DNA from: Octopus vulgaris
Lineage: Eukaryota
DNA length: 64,000 nucleotides
Direction: 5' to 3'
NCBI GenBank assembly: GCA_951406725.2
Contig: OX597823.1
Location: 86,056,001 to 86,120,000, forward strand
The notes under the pieces are model-generated. The model was given only the letters and a program-made list of their open reading frames with translations. It did not search any database and was not told where the DNA came from. Positions 45,232 to 60,130 of the stretch are shown one piece after another. Both the position numbers and the translations under genes were made by a program. How positions within the stretch are numbered: position 1 is the first letter of the stretch; the number at the start of each line of letters is the position of its first letter.

Positions 45232-46840
45232 CATATTTCATTGCGTTCTGCTTATTCTACGCGTATCAAGGCTGATTTTATGACTTGTTGCCTTAGTTGC
45301 TAATTCGGTTATACTTGCTGAAATTTTCGCTCTTGTTGTTTTAGCGTTAGCAAGATCAGCGTTCATTTATTGAGCACGTGTATAGCAGATACGTAACGGA
45401 AACCAACCATTATTCATTGTAGGGGAGCTTATTATTAACATGTTTCAAATTACAGCGCAATTTATTAAACAGAACTGCGGACAGCTACAATACTGAAACA
45501 GCCATGTGTTAAAATACGGACTTCCTCGATAATTTGTATGAAGTCAATAGTTCCTTTCATAATGTATCTCTTATTTATTGTACATGACCTCCCACCTTGT
45601 AATTATTTAGAATATATACACAAATTTATGTATTTTCCATTTGGCACTTGGACAATATTTTAGGTGAGGCTTTATAATGGTTTGAATGAATATATTACTG
45701 TATTATTATGAATTCTGTCGAAAATGGCAAAGGTGATCACAATGGCGTTAGTTTTGAATTTAGTACCAGAGGAGAATGTTAGCGGATTACTAGAAAACAT
45801 TTAACCCACATTGGCTGCCTCAACGAACCAATAATGAAAAATCATTTCCTTACCTGTATAAAGGAATGAAAAACCTATCTCCCTTGTAGTCTAAAATAGG
45901 CCATACACTTTACGGTGAATCTTACTGCGAAAGTGTAAAAGGATGACATCACGTTGCCTGCTTGCAATCATTTTCTCATAATATATTTAGATGTAAAAGA
46001 TGATCGAAAATGGCGGACAAATAATTACCGCTATAAATTCGTTGAACTTTAAATTGTGTTTACAAGCAGAGTCAATGTATAGAGCCATTAATAGACATGA
46101 ATTCATTATTGTAGACCAAAATGCCAATACAAAAGTGCGTGCAGTGCACAAAAGTAAATGCAGCGTTGCCAATTACTATGCTGCTTATATACAATTCCTT
46201 CTACCAATCAATTCACAATTACACACACACAGACAGACACATACATGTAAATATATATACACATATATATACATACATACGAGCTGACATATAAATATAT
46301 GGGTATATGTATATGTGTGTGTATATTTATATATATATATTTAAGTATGTGCGTATGTATCCGTCTATAGTTTATTGCTGCATAATGGGCAAAACCGTAA
46401 TAAATTCTGATTCACGTTCACCAGTAGAGAAATTTCAGTTTCCCAGTTTCAGTGTGCATGCGTGCTTGTGTCTGTGTAGGCGTGTGCACGTGCACGTGTG
46501 GGCGAGTGGGCGAGTGTGTGTTTGCAGATGTGTGGGTGTGAATTTGTGTGTGTGTGTGTGTGTGTGTGTGTCTGTGTGTATGTGTGTCTTAGTGTGTGTA
46601 TGTCTTAGTACATGCATGCAAGCTGAAGAAATCGTAAGAACTGCATTATACACAGGAGAAACTCACACAATTTTTGTAACAAATGTCTAGTGAATTCTCT
46701 CTCTCTCCCTCTCTCTCGCTCTCTACATACATACATACATACATACATACATACATACATACATACATACATACATACATACATACATACATACATACAT
46801 ACATACATACACACACACACATATATATATATATATATGC

Positions 46841-46876
<36 letters not shown>

Positions 46877-47117
46877 GTATATATATATATATACACAAAT
46901 GCAGTAGAAATACAATATATACTAACAATGTTACTATGTATTCAATCATAATGTAACAAGCATATATTTATCCATGTGTCGTTATACATATAAATATAAG
47001 CATTTACGTGTAAATAATTTCAGTAGTATTTAACTTCTTCCTTCTCTCTCACTCTCCCTCCACCTCACTCTCTTTCTCACGATATATATATATATACATA
47101 TACATATACATACATAC

Positions 47118-47232
<115 letters not shown>

Positions 47233-47619
47233 CGTAGTAATTCCTCCATTTGAAAGGAAAAGCAATAATTTTCTTATTAAGTATTGCGAAGTCACGTGGA
47301 ACTCAGGATTTGGTTTCCAATTGGGAAATTTGCCCGAAAATATGGTAAGTTTCTTTTAAGTGACTTTTAGTAAAAATGATGAAATTTAAGCAACAAGGGA
47401 ATACGGCGTAAAATAGAAATCGTAAGAAGTAAATAAATAAACAAGATTTATTGATCAGCGAACAAAGAAACCTAACTTAATTTATAATATGATTATTATC
47501 GTCAATTTAGTCAAGCCATTTTATGATAGTGAACAGAAATACTGCGATTTTCTATATTTCTTTTTCAGAATTCAGACACATTAAAGCTCATTTAAGACTT
47601 CACTTACATGATATGCTCT

Positions 47620-47835
47620 TTACTCTCTCTCTCTCTTACTTCTTTCAGTCATTTGAATGCGGCCATGCTGGAGCAGCGCCCTTAGTCGAGCAAATCAACC
47701 CCAGGACTTATTCTTTGTAAGCCCAGTACTTATTCTATTGGTGTCTTTGCCGAACCCTAGATTACGAGGACGTAAACACAACAGCGTCGGTTGCCAAGCG
47801 ATGTTGGGGAGGGGGACACAAACACAGACACACAA
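47620..47835 (-). mobile_element. SINE family B 3' half
   Basis: Sequence match. Another 3' half on + at 49804-49980 and a degenerate 5' half at ~59845-59997. Confidence 0.75.
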
Positions 47836-47853
47836 ACATATACACACACATAC

Positions 47854-47904
<51 letters not shown>

Positions 47905-47905
<1 letters not shown>

Positions 47906-48074
47906 TTTATTAAAAAAAATAAAAAATATCACAAAGATGTTACTCAGTGTTTCACGTTCCCGTTCGTTGGACAGTTTTTGTGATTTTTGGTGCATTTTAA
48001 TAAAGAATATTACCCTACCTCTGGTGTTCGCGCACTATTTTTTCCACCTTGTTTCGCATTTACGTACTTACTCT

Positions 48075-48078
<4 letters not shown>
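47905..48078. mobile_element. Short inverted-arm-plus-tail element with degenerate hammerhead-like core
   Basis: CTTTATTAAAA..TCACAAA / TTTGTGA..TTTTAATAAAG arms. Minus-strand CUGU-CCAACGA-ACG GGAA CGU-GAA-ACAC U GAGU-A-ACAU. Related to 20382-20432. Confidence 0.45.
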
Positions 48079-48127
<49 letters not shown>

Positions 48128-48132
<5 letters not shown>

Positions 48133-48479
48133 TTAGAGACGAAACCACTATTTTGCAAATCAAACAAGGAAAGACTTAATCAATACATTAAAAAATTTCA
48201 ATATAAAGTAAATAAATCGCCACTACAATTGTTTCCTGTCTTCAAATGACATTCATCAGGTGGATTTCATATCTAAAAATATCAATATTTTAAAAAATAA
48301 AATTAAAATGGCTAAAACTATAAATAATATAAATTTATCAATGAAAAAATATAAAAATATATAATTTATATATAATCTATATATAATATAATCAAGAACT
48401 AAAATAACCTCTATAAACAATTGAATATAAAGAAACCTATTATTAAAGTTCTCATATTTAAAGATGAAGAATCTAATTT

Positions 48480-48512
<33 letters not shown>

Positions 48513-49803
48513 ACAAAACAAAAAACAAAAATAAAAATAAACTATATATACACACATGCTCATACACATATATCTAAGTATATATAAACATATCTAAATA
48601 CATACACTAACTCACACGCCCATATATATCTCTATACATACACATAAACATCTAGGCAACGATAAATTAATAAAATAGCCAAATACTTCAACACATTACT
48701 TATTCATACTCCCTCACACACACATACAACCCTCATTCATAAACACACTCACTCTGCATGACAACCACAACCAGCATCCGCATATACTCAACCACAACAA
48801 TATAAACATTTCATTCTTAGCAAGAAACTACCAAATACCAAATACCACATATATACCACAACAATACATAAATACTTAAACCAAACACACACACACACAC
48901 ACACATATCCAAATACCACTTGCATGCAACAAACATACACAAATACGCAAACAAACACACACGCACACATATCCAAATACCACATGCATGCAACAAACAT
49001 ACACACACACATATCCAAATACCACATACATGCAACAAACATACACAATACGCAAACAAACACACACACACACACACACACACATTTACACATACATAAA
49101 CACTCAAAAGAAAAACAACATTTCTACACATAAACAATGCACACCCACACACATTCACACAATCACTCACATACAACCGCACTCTTACCGCCACTCCAAC
49201 ACAGATGAGTAACAAATTTAGCAGATACATACTCTCAGCCACTTACATACAGTAATATTCCCTACTCAGCAATATACTATTAAAAAACCCCAACACCACT
49301 CTAAAACAAATTTATGAATGTGAATAATAACTTATATTGAGTTATTCTATTAATAAATCATTTAAAAACAGACCTATCTATTTATCAAAGTATGTCTAAA
49401 TTATTGATAATTAATAACAAAGAAAATACGATAAATAGAACACTCCATAAGCAACAAGATTAACATAAGCATCAAGATTAGCATAAGGAGAAAAAATACA
49501 TACCTTCTATTCAATTTTAAAGTTATGAAGTGAATTTAAAGTCTAACCGTTATAACATTTACAAAATTACGTTACCATAGAAATAGAAATAGAACATATT
49601 TATAATAAATTCTCTGCGCGTTATGAACGAACGTTATTTAAAAATTATGAATGGAATAGAATGGAATAATATGTTAATAAACATAATTAGACAGAATTTA
49701 CTATAAAATTCTTTAATAAAACAATCATGATAAACGAAACCCATATATACATATAATGATAAAACCTCCCTTTAACAATACACAATAACATACCTATATA
49801 GCA
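48128..49803 (-). mobile_element. Second copy of the 40.3 kb hammerhead element family
   Basis: Same terminus adjoining (TA)n, same hammerhead, colinear blocks (e.g. TCTAGGCAACGATAAAT, TTACGTTACCATAG, TTATGAATGGAATA). Cut off by a SINE 3' half at ~49804. Confidence 0.6.
48220..48263 (-). ncRNA. Minimal type I hammerhead ribozyme (paralog of 40373-40415)
   Basis: CCAC-CUGAUGA-A-UGUC(AUUUGAA)GACA-G-GAA-AC AAUU GU-A-GUGG. Differences from the 40.4 kb copy are confined to N7, loop II and the 10.1/11.1 positions. Confidence 0.75.
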
Positions 49804-50002
49804 ATTGACAACCAATGTTGGTGTGTTTACCTCCCCGTAACCTAGCGGTTCGGCAAAAGTGAACGATACAATAAGTACTGGGCTTACAAACAATACGTCT
49901 TGGAGTCGATTCTTTCGACTAAGGGTAGTGCCGCAGCATGGCTGTAGACAAATAACTGAAACAAGTAAAAGAAGAGAAGAATATTGTTAATTTTAAATTC
50001 TA

Positions 50003-51236
50003 TTAGGTTGTCAAGAAAGTTCTTGCGGAAGTTTCATTTTGGTTTTAAATTATGCATTTTCAAATTACTTTGACTGCCCCGTTTTTCGCTCTCTCTGATC
50101 GTATTGCACTTTTTGTTTTTGAATATTTAGGCTACTTTTTCCGGAACGTTGAATACAACATGGACAAAATGGAAATTCGCACAATTTTCTTATTCCAGTT
50201 GAAGCTAGGCCAAAAATCTGCTGAAAAAGCTCCTGATATCGACAATGCATTAGCCCAGGAACCACTGAAGAACGTACAGCACAATGATGGTTCAAGAAAT
50301 TTAGTAGCGGTGACGAGAGTCTTGAAGATGATAAGCGTAGTGGTCGGCCATCGGATGATGACAACGATCAACTAAGAGCCTTAGTCGAAGCCAGTCCACG
50401 CACAACTGTTCGAGAGCTTGCTTCTGAATTAGATGGTACATATACGATAATTTCCAGCCACTTGGAAGAGACTGGAAAAGCAAAAATACTTGAGAAATGG
50501 GTGCCGCACGAATTGAACGACAACCAAAACAATCGCCGTTTTGAAGTGTCGCCTTCCCTTCTTTTATGCAACAAGAACGATCCCTTTCTCGATCGGATTG
50601 TGACTTGCGATGAAAAGTGGTTTCTTTACGACAACCGTCGAAGCTCAGCTCAGTGGCTGGACGCCAACGAAGCTCCGAGGCATATCCCGAAGCCAAAGTT
50701 GCACCAAAAAAATGTCATGGTGACTAAATGGTGGCCTGCGGCCGGTCTCATCCATCTCAGCTTTTTTGATCGAGGTGAAACCATTACGGCGGAGAAGTAC
50801 TGTCAGCAAATAGATGAAATGCATAAGAAACTCCGACAACAACAGCCAGCACTATTCAATAGAAAAGGACCAGTTCTTCCCCACGACAACACTCGGCCGC
50901 ATGTCGCACAACTGACCTGGGCTATGAAACTCTGCCTCATCCGCCATACTCACCAGGTCTCTCGCCTACCGACCAGCACTTTTTCAAGCATCTCGACAAC
51001 TTCCTTCGTGCGAAATGTTTCAAAAACCAAGGTGATGCCAAACACGCCTTCAACGACTTCATCGCAACCAGAACGCATGATTTTTACGCTACTGACGTAA
51101 GTAAACTTGTTTAGTGTTGGCAAAAGTATGTTGATTCTAATGATGTTTATTTCGATTAATAAAGTTTTGTTTGAGCCGAGATATGGGCATCTGAATTTAA
51201 AGGTTAAAAACCGCAAGAACTTTCTTGACAACCTAA
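50003..51236 (+). mobile_element. Mariner DNA transposon, 1234 bp
   Basis: Perfect 26-bp TIR TTAGGTTGTCAAGAAAGTTCTTGCGG; TA at 50001-50002 and 51237-51238. Confidence 0.95.
50160..51159 (+). pseudogene. Mariner transposase with frameshifts
   Basis: WVPHEL, FLDRIVTCDEKW, HDNTRPH and a frameshifted HPPYSP-like motif. Confidence 0.92.
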
Positions 51237-51984
51237 TACAAAGCAATCTAAAAAATATTCAGACACAGAAATTAATCTTCTCATCTACTTACATGGTCTG
51301 AATGATTGATGAAGATGTTGATAATCGATATAATATAGTTGATAATCGATATAATATCTTTCTCACTGCCATCCGTGTGTCCGTCCGTAACACTACTTCA
51401 ATGATTTCATGAAACATGACATTTTGCAGAATTTGAAAAATGTATTATGACGTCATTTCAATCATGATTCTTCAGAAAGTTAAAGAAAGTAATATATTTG
51501 ATATTTTTTACTTTCCTCTATATTTCGTATGGCAATTTCAAGAAATTTCTATTATGACGTCATAATTTACCGATTTGATTTTCAAGTAATTTATTTGGAG
51601 AAACAAAATATCAAAGAAAGGAATATATTCTGCCTATATATTAGTTTCAAATTTTGGCACAAGGCCAGCAAACTCGGGGGCGGGACTAAGTCAATTAAAT
51701 CAACCCCAGGGTGAAACTGGTACTGATTTTTATCGACTCTGAAAGGATGAAAGGCAAAGTCGACCCCGGATGAATTTGAACTCAGAACATATAGGCGGAG
51801 AAAATGCCGCTAAGCATTTTTTCCAGCGTGGTACCGATTCTGCCAGCCCTTTGATTTCTACTTACAAACTGAATCCACTTAAGGTAAAACAATTTTTGTC
51901 TTATTTTTGGATAAAAAAATATTTTTATGGAGCACAACACAAAAAATTGGACCATATTTGACACGTCCGATATGGGAAGAGAAT

Positions 51985-52745
51985 ATTCTTTTCTACTCTA
52001 GGCACAAAGCCCGAGAGATTTGGGGAGTGGGCCAGTCGATTATATTGACCCTAGTACACAACTGGTACTTAATCTATCGACCCAGATTGGATGAAAGGCA
52101 AAGTTGACCTCGGCAGAATTTGAACTCAGAACGTAAAGACAGACAAAATACCTATTTCTTTACTACCCACAAGGGGCTAAACATAGAGGGGACAAACAAG
52201 TACAGACAAACGGATTAAGTCGATTACATCACCCCAGTGCGTCGAAAGGTAAAGTCGACCTCGGTGGAATTTGAACTCAGAACGCAGCGGCAGACGAAAT
52301 ACGGCTAAGCATTTCACCTGGCGTGCTAAAGTTTCTTATTTCTTTACTACCCTCGAGGGGCTTAAAGATAGAGGGGACAAACAAGTACAGACAAAGGGAT
52401 TAAGTCGATTACATCGACCCCAGTACGTACATAATTTATCAACCGCGAATGGATGAAAGACAAAGTCGACCTCGGCCGAATTTGAACTCAGAACGTAACG
52501 GCAGACGAAATACCTAATTCTTTACTACCCACAAGGGGCTAAACACAGAGAGGACAAACAAGGAGAGACAAATGGATTAAGTCGACTATATCGACCCCAG
52601 TGCGTAACTAGTACTTTTTTAATTGACCCCGAAAGGATGAAAGGCAAAGTCGACCTCGGCGGAATTTGAACTCAGAACATATCGACAGATGAAATACCGC
52701 TAAGCATTTCGCCTGGCGTGCTAACGATTCTGCCAGCTCACCGCC
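51985..52745 (-). mobile_element. SINE family A multimer (four core units)
   Basis: Reverse-complement head at ~52745 followed by four GTCGAC..GAACTCAGAAC core units. Another diverged copy at ~51650-51850. Confidence 0.85.
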
Positions 52746-52974
52746 CTCGAAACGCCAATATATTATAACAAGAAGATAAGTACTCTTTCTAACCTTTCTG
52801 TTCTCAATTGTTTGACGAATTTTATTCTTCATAGCATTTCGTTCGAAGTAGATTCCTAGCACCTTAGCTGGACTCTCGATTCAGCAACAGATGTCAAGGT
52901 TCTGCATGAATTCCCTTATTAATATGTCAGGTTATAATTCTACACTGTTATCTAGCCCAATACCCTGTCGAATA

Positions 52975-53330
52975 TGAAGGCGCATGACTCAGTGGTTAGA
53001 CCCTCGGGCTCACAATCATGGGGTAGTGAGTTCGATTTGCGGACCAGCCTGCGTGTTGTTGTGTTCTTGAGCAAGACACTTTATTTCACGTTGCTCCAAT
53101 TCACTCACCTGTAGAAATGAGTTGCAATATTACTGGTGCCAAGCTGTAATCGGCCTTTGCATTTTCCTTAGATAACGTCGGTGGCGTTGAGAGGGGAAGT
53201 TGATATGCATGGGCGACTGTTGGTCATCCATGAACAACCTTACCTGGACTTTTGCCTCGTGGGTAGGTGGACTTTCTAGATGCAATCCCATGGTCATTCA
53301 TGACCGAAAGGGGTCTTTACCTCTTACCCT
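52975..53330 (+). mobile_element. tRNA-derived SINE family C
   Basis: GAAGGCGCATG.CTCAGTGGTTAGA (A box), GAGTTCGAT (B box), TGTGTTCTTGAGCAAGACACTTTA; matches 15520-15810 (-). Confidence 0.8.
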
Positions 53331-53512
53331 ACCATGTCGAATGGAAAAGCCGATGTATCATCGACTGCATTATTTGATTGGCAGAGAATCCTAAGCGCCA
53401 AGTAAAATGCAATATCTAAGGACCCAGTCTAGGATTATTAAACCGGAACTGCAGCTTCATGTAAGAAAATTTTTGTGGGTTAACTTCTTCGTCAAACTGT
53501 TATTTCATCTAC

Positions 53513-53683
53513 TTATTGCTGAGGCAACATTGCAGATGTTGTAGCACCGGTAGATTCCTGCAAGTAATCTGCAATGATGTATTGAACCCGCTCTGCAAAG
53601 CGTATAGGCACTTGGCACTTAGAATCGATTGAAGACGTCCCTTCCAGAAGAAGTGAAAGAAACAGACGCTCCTGTTTGATCCA
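53513..53683 (-). CDS. Candidate terminal coding exon of an unknown host gene
   Basis: ..GTTTAG| then 56 open codons WIKQERLFLSLLLEGTSSIDSKCQVPIRFAERVQYIIADYLQESTGATTSAMLPQQ* in non-repetitive, higher-GC sequence. No family recognised; acceptor weak. Confidence 0.25.
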   Translation of the reverse strand, partial: WIKQERLFLSLLLEGTSSIDSKCQVPIRFAERVQYIIADYLQESTGATTSAMLPQQ

Positions 53684-53914
53684 CTAAACTTACAAATAAA
53701 TGGATACACACTACATAGAAAATGGAATGAATGATAGAAATTAAAGAATGAAAACATTGCAGATTTATATTACATTTGGGACTAAAGTAAATGAGAGAGA
53801 GAGAATGAGAGAGAGAGAGAGAGAGAGAGGAAAAAAGAGAAATTGAAAGGAGAATGTAAATAGAAAGTTTGAAAGACAGAAACAAAAGAGCAAAAAACTG
53901 AAATATTCAGTAAA

Positions 53915-53958
<44 letters not shown>

Positions 53959-54234
53959 GGGTGGGATAAGAAGATAAATGTGAAAAGAGAAAAGAGAGCA
54001 GAGATAACACACATACACACACACACACAGACGCAAATATTCACACAGGAAGGGTGTGAGAGAGAGAAGGTGAGGTGTGTGATGGTATGTGTAAGTGATT
54101 AGAATAGAACGAGTGATGAAGTATTTATGTTTTCTGTAATTTTCAACAAAAGAATTTGCTTACGTGCAGCATGTGCAATGGGGAAAGAGCAGCGAGAAAT
54201 CTCTGGTCAGGGAAGATGTTCATATATACATACA

Positions 54235-54277
<43 letters not shown>

Positions 54278-54316
54278 GTATGTGTATATATGTATGTGTA
54301 TGTGTATATATGTATT

Positions 54317-54357
<41 letters not shown>

Positions 54358-54424
54358 TTTTATATATATGTTTATGTATATGTTTGTACATATTTATCAG
54401 TGTGAACATAAATATATAAATATA

Positions 54425-54464
<40 letters not shown>

Positions 54465-54470
54465 CATACA

Positions 54471-54523
<53 letters not shown>

Positions 54524-54604
54524 TTCATACATATGCACTTACATACATAAATACTCATTTATATATAGATATATACATACATACATACATACACACACAC
54601 ACAA

Positions 54605-54671
<67 letters not shown>

Positions 54672-54689
54672 TGTATGTATGTATGTATG

Positions 54690-54761
<72 letters not shown>

Positions 54762-55361
54762 AATCGACATCAACAGACACCTATACATTTACAAATACCA
54801 AGATATCAACAAGAAATGCCATCACACAAGCGTGTTTCAGGACAACGAAAAATAGCAACAGCCGAATAACGTGTATGAAAATAAGTATTTGTTCATTTAA
54901 TGCTAAGTTTTTCCCTCTCTGTTTGTCTGTTTCTTTCATTATGATGTATTTTTCATGTTTTTCTCAAACAGGTAGATATGTGTGGAAAAGTGGACAAGCC
55001 CCAATTTTTTTTTATTTTTGTTCACTTTCTGTTTGTTGTTGTTTCAAAATATTGGTTCGTTTTTTGAGGTTTTTTTTTTCTTTCTTGGCGGTCTGTATTT
55101 TTATTAGTTTCTTTTCAACGTTTTGCCACTAGTGTTGCTGCTGCTGCTGCTACTGCTGCTGCTACTTCTTGTCTTTTGGTGCCGAATTGATGTTGGTGCT
55201 TGAGGCCTTTGAATGTTTTATTTTTATTCAAGAGGTGTGTGTGTGTGTATGCATTCATATATGTATATATATATATAAATGCATATAAACATATATCTAC
55301 ATATATCACTTATTACAGATATGCAAGCATATATATATTTATATATATATGTATATATATG

Positions 55362-55408
<47 letters not shown>

Positions 55409-55630
55409 ATGTACATATAGGTATATACATATGTATACATGCATATATATATACATATATATATATATATATGTATATATTTATGTTTATACATCTATAT
55501 ACATACACATGTGTATCAATGCATACCTACAAATATACATACAAATAATATATACATATACATACATATACATATACATATATATATACATATATACATA
55601 TATACATACATATATATATACATACGTGTG

Positions 55631-55664
<34 letters not shown>

Positions 55665-55682
55665 CATACATACATACATACA

Positions 55683-55720
<38 letters not shown>

Positions 55721-56041
55721 TTACTTGTATTGTTATAATTGTAGTTTCTTGTAACGATGTTTTCGCATTTTCCCTTTTTACCTTTTGCAAAAGCATATAG
55801 AAATAATGTGTTGTTATAGAAATGCAGAGCACACAATAGTAGAGTAATTGTGCTGTGGTAAAAAAAAAAATATGTCCAACAACATCACATAGTCTAAAGA
55901 TAAAATACGTTTAGCTTTAATCTGAAATGTTTGCCTGTTTTGTTTACTTATATCTTTAAACATTACAACTTCGTACTGTTAGTGTTGTTACTATTATTAT
56001 TTGTATTATTATATATATATTTATCATTATTATTATTATTG

Positions 56042-56097
<56 letters not shown>

Positions 56098-56198
56098 TTT
56101 ATTATTTATGTGATTCGTTTCATTTCGTCAGTCCTTGTTTATCGGTTTTGTTTTCTTTTCTTAGCTTTCTTTCTGCATCCTTCGTTCTTCACCAACGG

Positions 56199-56680
56199 CT
56201 TCTTCTTCTTCTTCTTCTTCTTCTTCTTCTTCTTCTTCTTCTTCTTCTTCTTCTTCTTCTTCTTCTTCTTCTTCTTCTCCTTCTCCTCCTCCTCCTCCTT
56301 CTTCTTCTTCTTCTCCTCCTTCTTCTCCTCCTCCTTCTTCTTCTTCTTCTTCTTCTTCTTCTCCTTCTCCTCCTCCTCCTCCTTCTTCTTCTTCTTCTTC
56401 TTCTTCTCCTCCTTCTTCTCCTTCTTCTCCTTCTTCTCCTTCTTCTTCTTCTTCTTCTCCTTCTTCTTCTTCTCCTTCTTCTTCTTCTCCTTCTTCTCCT
56501 TCTTCTCCTTCTTCTTCTCCTCCTCCTCCTTCTCCTTCTTCTTCTTCTTCTTCTTCTTCTTCTTCTTCTTCTCCTTCTCCCCTTCTTCATCCTCGTCTCC
56601 TCCTCCTTTATTCTTCCTGTTTTTCTACTACTTCTTCTTCTTCTACTTCTCCTTTCCCCCTCCTCCCCCTTTCCTCCTGT
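56199..56680. repeat. (CTT)n/(CCT)n microsatellite
   Basis: Direct reading. Confidence 0.95.
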
Positions 56681-58292
56681 ATATCTATTTTTCTAGCTTT
56701 AACATTGTATGTTGTATATTGTTTCGGCATTTGCTTGTATCAGTTTATTTTGTAATGTTATAGTTATTTTTTTCATTCATTCACATTCACCCCTCCATTC
56801 TTTCTTTCTTTCTTTTCCAGCTTTCTTTCTTTGTTGTCATTTATGTTTTTTCAACATTGCGAACAATTTCTATGTTGTTCTGTCATTCCATTTGTGATAG
56901 AGAAAATTCTTAAAGGATAAATTCAGGGAAAGATGTTATTGTAACAACGATGTCTCCCGATTTGATATTTTAGCGGTTAGCGTGTAAAAGATGAATTCTA
57001 ACTTGAAATAAATAAATATATAAATAATGAATAAATAAATAGAATCTTAATAAAAAAATAAGATGAATATGGGGTGAATAGATGAGAAAAAAATGGAAAG
57101 AATGGAGACCAAGAAAAAAAAACCCTCGAATATAAACAATTTTTTTAAAAAGAAAACTGCATATAAAAAATATATATACGTATAGAAAGGTAGTTTAAAG
57201 TTTGCCAAATTCACCGTTATGGCGTGTGGGTCCTATGAAATTATACAAAAAAAAATATAGTTCAGTGTATATCACCTTATGACATATTGTAAAGGGGAAA
57301 AAAATTGTAAAACAAAGAGAAGTTGTAAAAAAAAAAGTGCTTTGAAAAGCAAATCAGCACAAAAAGGGTGATGGTAGGTTTGATGTTAGGTTAATCATAA
57401 AGGATATGTATGTATTTATGTGTTTGTATATATGTTTGTATGTATGTTTGTATATAAATGTATGTGCACATATGTATATGTATGCATATATGTATATATA
57501 TATGTTTGTTTATATGCATATATATCTATGTCTATATGTGTATATATGTATGTATATATGCATATATATGTCTATGTGTGCATGCATATATGTATGCATA
57601 TATGACTGTACATATGTATATATACCTATGTATATATATATGTGTATGTATATATGTATATATATATATATATATGTGTGTGTATGCATATATATCTACA
57701 TGTAAATATATTAGTATGTGTATATATATGAGTGTGTATACACATACACACACACATATATAATGGCGTCGCACAGTTTTCTGAAAGGTATTAAGAATAT
57801 CAAAGTCCACAATGAAATGATGCTTTCTCTTTCTTCCAAACACTGAAAGAAAGCAAGCGAGAAAGAAACAAAGAAAGCAAGAAAATGGGTGAGGGATGGA
57901 GGGAGCGAGGGGAAGAGGGACGAGCGAGGGGGGAAGAGAACGAGAGACAGAGACAGGGAAAAGAACAAGACTGAAAATCTCCAGAGATAAGACCAAGGGG
58001 AATTCATATATATATATATATATATATATGTACATATATGTATATATATGTATGTATATATATGTATATATATATACATATATGTATATATATGTATATA
58101 TATATGTATATATATATATATATATATGTCTATATATATATATGTATATGTATGTGTGTATATGGCTATCAGTGAAACACTTGTTTATGCAATTCACGCT
58201 CTCTCATTCACGCACAACATCCCGCTTCAATGAAGGAAGTTTCTTTCAAAATTATAAACATTACGATGTACAGAGCGCGATTTACAAACGCG

Positions 58293-58366
<74 letters not shown>

Positions 58367-59351
58367 TACATACATACATATAATATATATATGTATATAT
58401 ATATATATACATATATACATATATATGTATATACACGTACACCCATACATTTGCATTTATATATATATATATATATATATATAAGACAATTACATATACA
58501 TGTAGACATAAATACATACAAACATATCGAACAGATGTGCACACAAACGTTCGTGTATATGTATGTATGTATGTGTGTGTGTATATATGTTTGTATGTTG
58601 TTTGTGAAGGGTTTATGTATGTGTTGCTCAATTTAGTGTTGTGACATGATCCATTCAAAATAGATGAGAAAGAAGAGAAAATGTTTGGGATAAGAAAGGA
58701 AACTGGAATAAAATGCAAACATGCTCTATGTTATTTGTAAAGTGGACAACAATTAATAGATTTGCATAGAATAGAAAAATAGAATATTGCAAGTTTGTAA
58801 GTTTGACAAACTGTCGGTTCAGAGTTTGAACATGCTAACTTTGACACGCACTTAACAATCACTGCTGAGAGTAGAGAATTAAGAGAGGAGAGAAAGAAAA
58901 GAGCAGAGAGAGAAAATAGAGGAATAATAAACTGATTATACAGACATATATATGTAGATAGATAGAGAGAGTAAATATCAAAAGATTAAAATGGACGTGA
59001 AAGACATTGTGAAATGATATCAATGAGATATCTGTACAAACTTCACTGCTTTATACCCATTGTCGACTCTTATTTATATATTGACGCTCGTTACTCTTGA
59101 ATATGTTTTCTTGATTTTTCATCTGAGTTAATGTACTTGTTTTGTAGCAGTGTATAGGTGGCGTACGTGGGTATTTATTTTATGTATTGTGTGTTTTTTT
59201 GTGTAGACGTTTGTGTTAAGAAGTTTGTGTGGGTGTGTCTTTTATGTATTGGGTAGGCTTATATGCATATTTGTATGTATGTTTTGTTATTTTTCTATAG
59301 TATGTTTGCGTCTTTGCGCATCTTTTTATGTATTGTGCTGGTGTTTACATA

Positions 59352-59403
<52 letters not shown>

Positions 59404-59994
59404 CGTGTATATGTGTGTGTATCTATATATATGTATATGTATGTATATATATGTTTTTGTATGAATTGTCTATCTTTATACTTGTACATTTGTGTGCGTT
59501 TATCTTTTTATATGCTGTGTGTATATATTTTTACGTATTATGAAAGTGCTTACATGTTTATATAAGTGTGTATTTATACATGATATGTATATTTACATAT
59601 ATGTATGTATATTTATATTTTTATGTGTACGTATATGTATATATCTTTTTTGCATGCCGTTTGCATCCGTTTTTGTAAGCTTGCATGTGGGACTGCATTT
59701 ATGTATGTATATTTTTGAGTGCATGTGTATTTCTAAGTTCATGTATTATGTATACACATGTACACTCGTATATATATTTGTACACATAAATGTATATACG
59801 AGTATATGCTTGTTTCTATGAGTGATATTTTGCGGGGCGAACATTGCCATCTTGTTTAGAAGTTCGCTTCGCAACCACGTGGTTTTCAGTTCACTCCTAT
59901 CGCTTGGCACCTTTGATGTATCATCTACAATAACCCCAGGTTGATCAATGACTTGTCTATGAATTTGTGAAACCGAAACTCTATGGAAGCCGGT

Positions 59995-60052
<58 letters not shown>

Positions 60053-60130
60053 TATATACATACATACATACATACATACAGGTGTTGAACAAATAAACGG
60101 TAACACCTTAATATTTCAAAAAAATTATTT

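Noticed and set aside
47282-47344. Possible 63-nt plus-strand exon ([21 protein letters not shown]) before a strong GTAAGT donor
   Set aside because: Weak AAG acceptor, no recognisable protein, no partner exons.
51445-51565. Two TGACGTCA (CRE-like) sites
   Set aside because: No promoter or gene context; probably part of an old repeat.
51985-52745. CRISPR-like regularly spaced repeats
   Set aside because: The spacers are themselves homologous SINE tails; eukaryotic context and no cas genes.
52975-53050. tRNA gene (also the heads at 15810, 24796, 5401)
   Set aside because: A/B boxes are present but there is no full cloverleaf, and each continues into a repeated SINE body.
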